From an uncultured bacterium (lineage in GTDB: Bacteria; UBP7; UBA6624): a DNA stretch of 27,526 nucleotides. Of the stretch, positions 10,202 to 19,208 are shown one piece after another. A program made the position numbers and the translations under genes. Under the pieces are notes generated by a model, which did no database searches, was not told the origin of the DNA, and saw nothing but the letters and a program-made list of their open reading frames with translations. Position 1 is the first letter of the stretch; each line of letters opens with the position of its first letter. The stretch covers positions 1-27,526 of the forward strand of contig CAXGSM010000016.1 in the NCBI GenBank assembly GCA_964012435.1, in the 5' to 3' direction.

Positions 10202-12608
10202 CGTCCAATAACCTGTGTAGCCATCTTTTTACCCTTCCTTCGGGAGCTCTAATAGTTAAAACACTGCCTTTAGACTCCCTTGCAATGCTTTCTTGAATGT
10301 TTCCAAGTCTAGCCTTATCTAAAACACCATTCACGCTTGCTCCTAATACTAGAAGGTCGCTTTCTTTAGATGATTCAATAATCGATTTTTTAATTGAAGG
10401 TGATTTAATTATGCTCTGAATCACCTTTAAGTCTTTATACACTGACTGAATCTCTAGCGCTGATGCTTGCAACCTTTTTTGAGCAAGATCCCTCTCTTCA
10501 GTATTTTTTGCAATAGCCAACAGTGTGAGGCAGCCTTGATTGGATAATGCGATTCTTGCCCCGATTTCAATTGATTTTTGTGTATTTGGTCCATAACCTA
10601 CAGCTACAGTAACATTTTTGTATTCAGTTTCTTTACCTTGCTTCAATATTGCAAGAGTTTTAGAGGAGTCAGCCAAAACCCTATCGAGAGTATCGCCGAG
10701 AAATAACCCTTTTTTCTTTTTGCCACCTCTCCAACCCATTAAAACCAAGTCAGAACCTCTTAGGTCTGCGACATTGCATATCACTGCAGCAGGATGCCTC
10801 CCGACCACAACACTACTATTAATTTTCACTTTACTTTTCTCTAATTCCTTTTTTGCGGAAGAAATTAAATCATGTCTTTTTTGAATATCTTTTTTTGGAG
10901 CAAAAGTTAAAGGTGTGGTTTCCGGTATTGTGGCAATAGAAACAATATGAATTAAGCTGTCTTGTGCTTTTGCAATGCTTGCAGCTAAATGCGTTAAAGG
11001 TTTTTGGTTTTTAGAATTCGGTAATGCGAGCAATATGCTGTTTCCTTGTGGTGTGTGGATGGTATCTTGACTTGCAATCCTGGATCTAGACATTGGTTGA
11101 AGTTTTCTAAACGGACCAACATACAGCAACAAACCCAATAATATCCAAGCTAGCGTTACACCCCAAGCAATAGCACCTGCAGAATGACCGCCATGTCCAT
11201 CAAAGGGCGAATTTGGAATAAAGAACACACCAATAGCTATAACTATTTGCAAGACTATAGCCAAAAATGGCAACAAGGGGACTAATGGCATCTTGAATGG
11301 TCTTGGTACTTTTGGTTTGGTTTTTCTGAGCTTAATTAAAGTCATATTTACCAACGTGAACAATAAAAGAAACATCACGTTTGCTGCTGCCGATACTGCT
11401 GATAATGGTAATGCAATCACAATCAAAAGAACAATTAAAGCGGTAAAAAATAAGCCCATATATGGAGTTCGTTTGACGTGGTGAATTTTTCCAAGAACAG
11501 AAGGCAGAAGCCCCTCTCTTCCCATTGCAAATGCAACCCTGCTGGAGGAAAACAATGTTCCGTTAAGTGCTGATGTCGTTGAGGCTATACCTGCTAATAT
11601 AACAAGAAACATCCCGACAGTATAGCTAGAGCCGGGAAAGGGGACAGGTAAAACAAACTGATTAGCAGACTCAACAACGGCCCTTTCTCCCAAAAATGCC
11701 ATTAAATTGTAATTAGTTGCAGGTTGTTGAGATGATTCAACTACACCATAAAATGCTGCATTTAAAGAAGGTGAAATCTCGTCAACACTTAATGCTCCAA
11801 GCGAGGCTCCGCCAACCAGCAAATAGATTGGCAATACGATTAAAATGGAAAGAAATATAGCTTTAGGTATATTTTTTTCGGGATTTTTGACCTCCTCGCT
11901 TGCCTGAACAATCACCTCATAGCCTTCAAACGCCATATACGTGATGCCCATTGCAAATAAAACCAATATTGCGCTTGCATGCTCTTCTGTCGATAAAAAG
12001 AAGGGTTCATAGTGAACAAAGCCATCAGTTTGAAAGATGCGCATGAATCCAAAAACTGCAAATAAAAGTAAAATGACAACTTTCGCTGTACTCATTATTG
12101 ATCCAAATTTTCCAGTTTCAGATACGCCAACAAAATTCACCCATGACAAGATAATACAGATTGCTATTGCTCCTATTTTGACATAAAACTGGTAGCTTGA
12201 TCCCAAATCCTCTGGGTGTTTCATTAATCCGAAAAAATTAAGTAACTCCAAAATATACACACCAAAACCTAGTGAGTAAACTGCAACAGCTACAACATGG
12301 CTAAACCAACCCATCCATCCAGCAATAAAAGAAACCACCTTTCGATAACCCTGGGCGACCCACATAAAGGCACCTCCTGCCTCAGGGAAGGATGCTCCTA
12401 ATTCCGCATATGCACCTGCAGTAAGCATTGCGACAATACCATTTAGAAAAAATGCCAGCAAAAAAGCCGGCCCTGCAATGCCTGCAGCCTTACCGGTTAA
12501 AACAAAAATTCCAGCACCAATCATGGCAGCAACACCAATCATGGTAACGTCATAAAGACCTAGCGTTCTTGCTAGTTCTTCGTGTTGGCCTTTTTGGGGG
12601 TTGCTCAT
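10194..12608 (-). CDS. APC-family amino acid permease fused to two C-terminal universal stress protein (USP) domains
   Basis: LARTLGLYDVTMIGVAAMIGAGIF, AYAELGASFPEAGG, AFEGYE, EEVKNPEKNIPKAI, SSRVAFAMGREGLLP and about 12 TM helices; then USP motifs DLVLMGWRG...FLGDTLDRVL and DLLVLGAS...LGNIQESIARES. Confidence 0.92.
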   Translation of the reverse strand: MSNPQKGQHEELARTLGLYDVTMIGVAAMIGAGIFVLTGKAAGIAGPAFLLAFFLNGIVAMLTAGAYAELGASFPEAGGAFMWVAQGYRKVVSFIAGWMGWFSHVVAVAVYSLGFGVYILELLNFFGLMKHPEDLGSSYQFYVKIGAIAICIILSWVNFVGVSETGKFGSIMSTAKVVILLLFAVFGFMRIFQTDGFVHYEPFFLSTEEHASAILVLFAMGITYMAFEGYEVIVQASEEVKNPEKNIPKAIFLSILIVLPIYLLVGGASLGALSVDEISPSLNAAFYGVVESSQQPATNYNLMAFLGERAVVESANQFVLPVPFPGSSYTVGMFLVILAGIASTTSALNGTLFSSSRVAFAMGREGLLPSVLGKIHHVKRTPYMGLFFTALIVLLIVIALPLSAVSAAANVMFLLLFTLVNMTLIKLRKTKPKVPRPFKMPLVPLLPFLAIVLQIVIAIGVFFIPNSPFDGHGGHSAGAIAWGVTLAWILLGLLLYVGPFRKLQPMSRSRIASQDTIHTPQGNSILLALPNSKNQKPLTHLAASIAKAQDSLIHIVSIATIPETTPLTFAPKKDIQKRHDLISSAKKELEKSKVKINSSVVVGRHPAAVICNVADLRGSDLVLMGWRGGKKKKGLFLGDTLDRVLADSSKTLAILKQGKETEYKNVTVAVGYGPNTQKSIEIGARIALSNQGCLTLLAIAKNTEERDLAQKRLQASALEIQSVYKDLKVIQSIIKSPSIKKSIIESSKESDLLVLGASVNGVLDKARLGNIQESIARESKGSVLTIRAPEGRVKRWLHRLLDDE

Positions 12609-12659
12609 TGTTTCTTATTCTATTTTATTCAAGACAATCTGGATAAAATTGATATCAAG

Positions 12660-13184
12660 ATGATTTACAAGAATGCTCAACAAAAACCAACAGTTCATCA
12701 CCCGAATATAAAAATTGACCCTAAGGTTGTTGTTTTGCACTATACGGAAACGGTTTCAGTGTTTGAAACATTACGTGCCCTTGACACAAGAAAACTTTCG
12801 GCTCATTTTGTGCTGAACCATAGCGGAAGTATTATCCAGCTGGTTGATACCGAAAAAAAAGCCTGGCACGCCGGACCCTCATGTTTTAGAAATCGCAAGA
12901 ATGTTAATGATTTTTCAATAGGTATTGAATTGGTTAATCCTGGTTTTTATAAAAAAAAATCTTTTTGGCGATATGGGTGGAGTGTGCGGGCAGGAAGAGA
13001 ATGGGCCAACTGGCCGAGTCAACAAATCAAGTCACTAAATGAACTTTTAAGCTGGATTCGCAGCCAACATCCTAATTGCAAATCCATCGTCGGTCATGAC
13101 ATGATTGCCCCGGCAAGGAAGGTGGACCCTGGCCCATTATTTCCATGGTCTAAATTAAACGATATAAGATTTAGCAACTATTGA
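12660..13184 (+). CDS. ampD: N-acetylmuramoyl-L-alanine amidase (Amidase_2, AmpD-like)
   Basis: VVLHYT, SAHFVL, AWHAG, SIGIEL and VGHDMIAPARKVDPG zinc-amidase motifs; no signal peptide. Start moved to ATG 12660 to avoid overlap with the divergent permease. Confidence 0.85.
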   Translation: MIYKNAQQKPTVHHPNIKIDPKVVVLHYTETVSVFETLRALDTRKLSAHFVLNHSGSIIQLVDTEKKAWHAGPSCFRNRKNVNDFSIGIELVNPGFYKKKSFWRYGWSVRAGREWANWPSQQIKSLNELLSWIRSQHPNCKSIVGHDMIAPARKVDPGPLFPWSKLNDIRFSNY

Positions 13185-16019
13185 ACCCATTGAAACCTGG
13201 TCCTCCAGCTTCCCATCTTTAAAATTTATCTTTTGACTTTCAAAGGAAACGATGACGAGCAAACCCCCATCAACCAAAATCGCTGGTGCTAAACTTAAGG
13301 TTTTTTTGATTTTGGCTTTTGAAAATCCTCTAAAATCTGCAAACAGTGTTGCTGATTTTGTTTGTTTTTCCTCTGAGAGACCTAACCCTCCTGATGTGGA
13401 TTTGGCTTTTTTCAAAAATTCAGGCAAATCTTTATCGCTAATATCAACGGACCCAATGCCCTTTAGGTGAAAACTTAACTTATTAATCACGCTTTCCAGC
13501 TTTCTTGGTTCGATAATCTTAGCTATACGCCTAAACCAACCTGATAAAAATTCAACTAATTCAAAACTGTCTTCCATGTCAACAATTTTCTTAATTCTTC
13601 TCTGGTCGGATAATAATTTGTTCCATTCGAAAACAAAATCACTATTAAGTCCTGTTCTGATGTTTAACGAATCTTCCTCGATTGTGTAATCAGCATTCTG
13701 CATAACTGAAACCAACGCTTCTAGGATCGATGTTGACAGCTCCCCGTGTCCAGCTGGATAAATAATTGATTCAGCATCCCATGATATGGGTCTCTTTGCT
13801 AACCAGCTTGAAAACTTGCCTGCGTCTAAACGATCCTCATGCTCTTGCGAATAAATCTTTGAATCTAAAACTTTTTGGAATTCCTGCCAGGTAAATTTTT
13901 GCTGAAGCTGCCAAGCAAGGCCGCCAAATGGGCTCACGGAACCAGAATCCTCTAGTAATCCCTCTAGCTCTTCCAGGCTCCTTGTGACTTCCTGGTTGAC
14001 GCTTGGGTTAGGTTCAAATGTCGCAAAGGCTTGTTTGATGCCTGCATAAACCTCTGAATCCAAAATCACCCTTTCAAGCTCTTCGTTAATGTCGCAAAAA
14101 ACTGAATTTTCAACCTGCTTCAAGCCTGCCTTGGGAATTTCAAAATTATTTAGAGGCATTGGTTCACAGTTTGTAATATCTTGAATTGTGCATTTTTTCC
14201 CTTTTACGGCTAATCTGAAAACACTAGTGAGTTGGTTGTTTGAATCAACAATACAGAATAAATCATTATGTGCTGCTCTTCCATAAACCATATTCAATGA
14301 ATCTCCTGCTTCAGGCTTCATGTCTTCGTGCAAGACCCAACAATTGGTGTCTAAGCCAGTAATTGGGAAAGAACTAGCGGAAAACTTCTCACCAAGCTCA
14401 GATCGCTTTTCATAATACTTCCATTTTTCATCCTTGCAATCAAAACAAAAGAATTTTGTCAATTCGCTCATTAGCGATCTTCTTGAAATTCTTCTTATGA
14501 ACATTAAGCGATTAAATATGCCGCTAAAAGTCAGTCCGCCTGGGTGGTGTTTTAAAACTTCAATTATGAGATTTTTAAATGTCAATTTTCTTTTTTCCTG
14601 CAGGGAAAGCAATCGCTCTAACTCATCGTCGTCTAGTGAAGGGTTTTTAATTTCTTTATTTTTAACCAGCCTAAAAGTGGATGATCCGAGATACTCAAAA
14701 TTGTAAACATCGCCAGGCTGAGCATGACCGTTAACCCAGGATGCCATGCCTGAAATTATTTGATGCTTAAAATTTATCAAAATGGAAAGTTCCTGCTTGT
14801 CTGGTGTTTGCAAAACAAATTCACCCCATTCATTCGATGCAATCAACGAAGCCTGTATCGCGTTGACCAATGGTTGTGATACGTAGTTTAATTCATCATT
14901 TACAAAATCATTGAAGGTCAAAATAAACAATGGTTCTACCTCTGGAAAACCTTTTTCGGAGAAATCTCCGTCCAGCCAATATAAAGCTGGATCAGAAAGG
15001 TTTGCAAAAAGATTTTCATTAAATATGTCGTCACCCAAAAGCTTATGCTCTGGATAAGCCACTGGGAAGAGTAGGTCTAATTTTGCTATATCAATCTTGG
15101 GCAAGCTTTCAGACTTGATCCAATACGGATTTTTTAATTCAAACCTCACCTTAGTAATTTTCTTAGATTTTTCGAAACCAGAAAGAATCTCATCTAACAT
15201 ATCCTGATAATGAGAGCTTCTTGAGCTTTTTGCACTACCAATCAATGCAGTTGTAATCTCTTCTTTGGAGAAACTTTTATCTGATGCTTGGTTTTCTAGC
15301 AACCTTTCAACCTTGTTTGTTATTTCTTCTCGTATCTTGATTTCCAATGCACCGGTTTTAGGTGCTTGTAAGGTTTTCTTTTTTGCTCTGCCCACGTCCC
15401 ATAAATTGCCTGATTCAGCTATAAACCTTTTGTCTATCTGTGGACAAAAAACTGGTTTTTTCTCCTGTGTAACCAAATCGTCCTCAAGCAGCATACTAAT
15501 AATTCTCTTCTCCTTCATTGGCCCTCTGGATTCAATGAGTGTTTTTGCAAGATTATTAATTAAAACCCATTCGCATAAGCCCCAAATAGACCCTCTCCCT
15601 ATTTGGTCTTCTTGCCTCAAGCCTTCAGTTAAGGAGAAATCGTCATCTATGTCTAAATACAACCTTGTCTCACTGACCTTTTGGCCCAACTTCTTGGCAA
15701 CCTGACTTCTTATCTTAGATTCCAACATGAAAGATCCATTTTCTTCAAGTATTTCTTTTGCTAATTGGTGAGCTTTTAAATTCTGAGGGATCAAAACCCA
15801 TCCATCATCCCACTCCTTGATAAAGGAACAATGTGATAAAAATTTCATGGCATACCTTTTAACAAATAATTTTGCATCTAGACCAATAGCATCTTCATAT
15901 TTTGAAAAACTGTTCTCTAGATCTTTAACTGTTCCTGCTTTTGCAATGTTCTTCTGCATAATTCCCGCAAGGGTTTCAGTAATGATCAAACCCATGTCAA
16001 CTACTTTATTTTGTTTCAT
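13155..16019 (-). CDS. Large hypothetical protein with several winged-helix (HARE-HTH/RNAP delta-like) segments
   Basis: 954-aa uninterrupted ORF; repeated units ending F...GSIWGLCEW, DKRFIAESGNLWDV and FFCFDCKDEKWKY; ATGA overlap with the glycerate kinase stop. Confidence 0.6.
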   Translation of the reverse strand: MKQNKVVDMGLIITETLAGIMQKNIAKAGTVKDLENSFSKYEDAIGLDAKLFVKRYAMKFLSHCSFIKEWDDGWVLIPQNLKAHQLAKEILEENGSFMLESKIRSQVAKKLGQKVSETRLYLDIDDDFSLTEGLRQEDQIGRGSIWGLCEWVLINNLAKTLIESRGPMKEKRIISMLLEDDLVTQEKKPVFCPQIDKRFIAESGNLWDVGRAKKKTLQAPKTGALEIKIREEITNKVERLLENQASDKSFSKEEITTALIGSAKSSRSSHYQDMLDEILSGFEKSKKITKVRFELKNPYWIKSESLPKIDIAKLDLLFPVAYPEHKLLGDDIFNENLFANLSDPALYWLDGDFSEKGFPEVEPLFILTFNDFVNDELNYVSQPLVNAIQASLIASNEWGEFVLQTPDKQELSILINFKHQIISGMASWVNGHAQPGDVYNFEYLGSSTFRLVKNKEIKNPSLDDDELERLLSLQEKRKLTFKNLIIEVLKHHPGGLTFSGIFNRLMFIRRISRRSLMSELTKFFCFDCKDEKWKYYEKRSELGEKFSASSFPITGLDTNCWVLHEDMKPEAGDSLNMVYGRAAHNDLFCIVDSNNQLTSVFRLAVKGKKCTIQDITNCEPMPLNNFEIPKAGLKQVENSVFCDINEELERVILDSEVYAGIKQAFATFEPNPSVNQEVTRSLEELEGLLEDSGSVSPFGGLAWQLQQKFTWQEFQKVLDSKIYSQEHEDRLDAGKFSSWLAKRPISWDAESIIYPAGHGELSTSILEALVSVMQNADYTIEEDSLNIRTGLNSDFVFEWNKLLSDQRRIKKIVDMEDSFELVEFLSGWFRRIAKIIEPRKLESVINKLSFHLKGIGSVDISDKDLPEFLKKAKSTSGGLGLSEEKQTKSATLFADFRGFSKAKIKKTLSLAPAILVDGGLLVIVSFESQKINFKDGKLEDQVSMGSIVAKSYIV

Positions 16020-17179
16020 ATTTTCACCTCATTGTCATCGAGCCATTTTTTCACGGCTTGAAGAAGATTCGATTGCGCTTCTTTTTTATTTTTCGGTACA
16101 TTCTCGGCAACCTCTAAGAAAGAAAAGCTTTTTGTTTTGTTGTGTTCTTTAATTGTCAAACCACTAATTATTAGGCTTGGTACGCCATGACTTGCAGCTA
16201 ATGATGCGATGGACCACGGCCCCTTTCCCTGCTTGGTTTGAGAGTCAAACTGTCCCTCTCCCGTTATAACAAAATCAAAATTACTCATTTCATCTTTAAG
16301 CCCCATTTTGTCAATAACAAAATCGGCTCCATTTTTAATGCTCACGTTAAAAAGCAAGGCCAGGCCGAGAGCAATACCTCCAGCGGCCCCTAACCCTTCT
16401 GCTTCCAAAAAGGTCGGATTTTTAATTTTGGCATCAACAATATAAGCAAAATCGGCCATCCCTTGTTCCAAAATAGGAATATTTTTAGGGGTAGCACCCT
16501 TTTGCTTGCCAAAAGCAAAAACAGCACCTCGCTCACCCAAAAGAGGAGCGCGAACGTCAGCTATTATATCAAAAAAAACATCAGGAAACAAACAGCTACC
16601 ATTTTCTAGAGACATTTTAAGATCTAAAGCACTGCAATCCACATGTTTAAAATCAAAAAAATCATCCTTTCGGACATCGGTTAATGATCGAGGAAGCATG
16701 CCTTTCTGCATTGAAACACCCATGCCTTTCAGTAAGCCGAGTCCGGCATCTACTGTTGAAGTGCCCCCAACAGCAAACCAAATTTTCTTGATTCCTTTTT
16801 GCAAAATGTCAACAATAACCGCGGCAAGACCATAAGTGTTTAAAAGTTCTGGGTTTAATTGACTCTTGGGTATCATTGAAATACCTACAACTGAGGCCAT
16901 TTCCAGCAGGGCTGCTTTTTCTTCTTTTAAAAAATGCCAAGAAACAGTGATATTCTTTCCGTTAGAGCCTTGTGTTTCAACTTTATAGGTTTCATGATCA
17001 AAATAATCTAAAATAACATTTGCTGTCCCCTCTCCACCGTCTGCAAAATTCTTAACTGACACATTTGATTCGGGATATTTTTGCAATATGGCCCTAGACA
17101 CAATATCACCTGCTTCCATAGAACTCAAGGTTCCCTTAAAGCTGTCTAAAGCAATTAAAAAATTCTTTGTGTTTTTAAT
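16016..17179 (-). CDS. glxK: Glycerate kinase (class I, GlxK/GarK family); start codon uncertain
   Basis: ADGGEGT, GGTSTVDAGLG, DVRAPLLGERGAVFAFGKQKGA, GAAGG and ITGEGQFDSQTKQGKGP motifs. The conserved N-terminal FLIALDSFKGTLS lies upstream of the first canonical start (TTG 17128); ATT 17179 is proposed. Confidence 0.88.
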   Translation of the reverse strand: MKNTKNFLIALDSFKGTLSSMEAGDIVSRAILQKYPESNVSVKNFADGGEGTANVILDYFDHETYKVETQGSNGKNITVSWHFLKEEKAALLEMASVVGISMIPKSQLNPELLNTYGLAAVIVDILQKGIKKIWFAVGGTSTVDAGLGLLKGMGVSMQKGMLPRSLTDVRKDDFFDFKHVDCSALDLKMSLENGSCLFPDVFFDIIADVRAPLLGERGAVFAFGKQKGATPKNIPILEQGMADFAYIVDAKIKNPTFLEAEGLGAAGGIALGLALLFNVSIKNGADFVIDKMGLKDEMSNFDFVITGEGQFDSQTKQGKGPWSIASLAASHGVPSLIISGLTIKEHNKTKSFSFLEVAENVPKNKKEAQSNLLQAVKKWLDDNEVKI

Positions 17180-18098
17180 AAATAGGAATAACTTGCCCGC
17201 CGTGGGCTTCTAAAATGATTTCATTTTTATTATTTATCTGAACCAACCATGCTGGAACCAACCTTTTTGGTTTGTCTTTCTTCCAGGCTTCCTTTAAGCC
17301 GTCAAAAGTGTAGATAAGCTGAACCTTGGTTACAAATACATCTGCGTAATACTCTCCAGCATAAAAATTCTTATAAGCATATTCGATGGCATCTTTAACG
17401 GCAGACCATGCCGGAATAATGGTTGCTTCACTATCCTCAATTGCAAGCGGTTGACCGCCCCATGAAAATGAAAATTGAAAAACCTTGCCTCCAATCACGA
17501 TTGCTTGAACTGAATCATTTTTTATAGGAACCTGTTTGAAGTAACGACCATATTCATAAGAATACCCTAACGGCAATCCTTGACTGTTGTTAAAGGATTG
17601 ATATTCTGGATGATTTATTTCGGATGTACTGATCAAAGTGGCATCTTCTGGAAAATAATCAAAATTATCTAAAAATATATCTAAAACACGTTCTGCCTGT
17701 GGTCGAGTTAGTGGATACATTTCGCTTGGGCTTTTAAAAGGGGCATTAAACCTTATGCCACCATGAGGGAAAACTGATAATTCCTGGCCATCTTCAGTTA
17801 CATAGGTTTGAAAACCCTGATCGATTACCCTTGTAAGACCGGTGGGAACCTCTGCTTCTATATCTGCACCCAAGAGATTCATGGCTATCTGAGCATGATT
17901 GGTTTGTGTGTAATCAATAATAATTTTTGGCAAATCTATAACTCCATCTGGCAAGGTTACCCCTTCAGCTAAAAAGGTTGCGACAAAGAGCTCTTCGCTT
18001 GACTTCTCCTTATTTTCAATATTTTGAAAAGCAAAAATACAAAATAAAACCAAAGGCATTACCAGATATCGCAAATTTATGTTTTTTAAATGATTCAT
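17175..18098 (-). CDS. Membrane-anchored/exported hypothetical protein (YycI/PepSY-like C-terminus)
   Basis: N-terminal hydrophobic segment YLVMPLVLFCIFAF; the C-terminal LVPAWLVQ...IILEAHGGQVIP resembles YycI/YcdB/PepSY-like domain ends. Confidence 0.6.
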   Translation of the reverse strand: MNHLKNINLRYLVMPLVLFCIFAFQNIENKEKSSEELFVATFLAEGVTLPDGVIDLPKIIIDYTQTNHAQIAMNLLGADIEAEVPTGLTRVIDQGFQTYVTEDGQELSVFPHGGIRFNAPFKSPSEMYPLTRPQAERVLDIFLDNFDYFPEDATLISTSEINHPEYQSFNNSQGLPLGYSYEYGRYFKQVPIKNDSVQAIVIGGKVFQFSFSWGGQPLAIEDSEATIIPAWSAVKDAIEYAYKNFYAGEYYADVFVTKVQLIYTFDGLKEAWKKDKPKRLVPAWLVQINNKNEIILEAHGGQVIPIY

Positions 18099-18194
18099 AT
18101 GTTTTTCAATTTTATATCTGAATAATTAGATATTAATTTTTGAATTCAGCAATCTTGGGTTAGGTTTGTTTGTTTTTGGAATTAAGATTTACCT

Positions 18195-18410
18195 ATGAAA
18201 GTAAAACATTTTATGGAATCTAGTTTAGGTAGCTACAGAACCCCCCCTCTTGATCGAGAAATTAACGAATGGTTAGAAACAAACAAATCTAAAATCAAAA
18301 TTATTGACATTAAATATGCATCCAGTGTAACCATGGACGCATCAAAAGAAGATGATGTTAGAACTCCAATGTTTGTATCGGGCGCATTAGTTCTCTATGA
18401 GGAAGTCTAA
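18195..18410 (+). CDS. Small protein, Cse60 (DUF2758)-like
   Basis: MKVKHF...LDREINEWL...KIIDIKY...ALVLYE follows the Cse60-family pattern (vKvF...Le..iN.fL...viDIKY...alIlY). Confidence 0.65.
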   Translation: MKVKHFMESSLGSYRTPPLDREINEWLETNKSKIKIIDIKYASSVTMDASKEDDVRTPMFVSGALVLYEEV

Positions 18411-18434
18411 ATAAGGCAATCTGAAAAAAGCTTA

Positions 18435-19208
18435 ATGTCAATAACGGTTGATTACTTTCGTAATCAGCCACCCAAAAAACATCGTGGTCAAAATTTTATG
18501 ATCAATGATGCGAATCTTGATTTTTTATCAAGGATAATCAATCGTAAAAAAAGTAATTGGTTGATTGAAATTGGTGGTGGTTTAGGTTTTCTAACAGAGA
18601 AAATATCAAATAAAAATAATTTGACCGTTTACGAGGTGGATGAACATTTAAATTCTTTTTTAAAAAACAAATTCCCATCACTTAATATTGAAGGGGATGT
18701 TCGGAACTGGCAACCCGAAGATGCTGAGAATGATGGTATGCTGGTTGGAAATCTGCCCTATTACCTGTCGGGAAGAATTTTATGGATGGTTGCCCGGTGG
18801 CCAGGCAAAATTAAAAATGCAGTCTTTACGGTTCAAAAAGAGGTTGCTGATCGCATTTGCTCTAAGCCTGGCTCTAAGTCGTATGGTCTTTTGTCTGGTC
18901 CATTGCAGTTTTTTTACTCATGCAAGATTGAAAAAAAACTTTCCAAAAATTCCTTCTTCCCGAAACCAAAAGTTGATAGTGCAATTATTACGCTAACCAA
19001 CAAAAACAAAAGAGGGTGCTTTCCATATTCGGATCAATATTTAAAATTGAATAAAAAAATATTTTCTCAAAGAAGAAAAAATGCAAAAAAACTATTAAAA
19101 AAAATTGTGCCTAGTGCTATGTTGGAAAAAATACCTGATGGCTTTCGTCCAGAAGATATTGAACCGAAATTAGGAATGCTCTTGTCGAAAAATAGCAATA
19201 TCAAATAA
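18435..19208 (+). CDS. rsmA: 16S rRNA (adenine1518/1519-N6)-dimethyltransferase RsmA/KsgA
   Basis: KKHRGQNF, IEIGGGLGFLT, YEVD, VGNLPYY, QKEVADRI, FFPKPKVDSA and FSQRRK motifs. Confidence 0.95.
   Translation: MSITVDYFRNQPPKKHRGQNFMINDANLDFLSRIINRKKSNWLIEIGGGLGFLTEKISNKNNLTVYEVDEHLNSFLKNKFPSLNIEGDVRNWQPEDAENDGMLVGNLPYYLSGRILWMVARWPGKIKNAVFTVQKEVADRICSKPGSKSYGLLSGPLQFFYSCKIEKKLSKNSFFPKPKVDSAIITLTNKNKRGCFPYSDQYLKLNKKIFSQRRKNAKKLLKKIVPSAMLEKIPDGFRPEDIEPKLGMLLSKNSNIK

Noticed and set aside
18099..18194. Largest intergenic gap as an ncRNA or terminator
   Set aside because: AT-rich divergent promoter region with only a weak AATTA-N5-TAATT palindrome and no stable hairpin.
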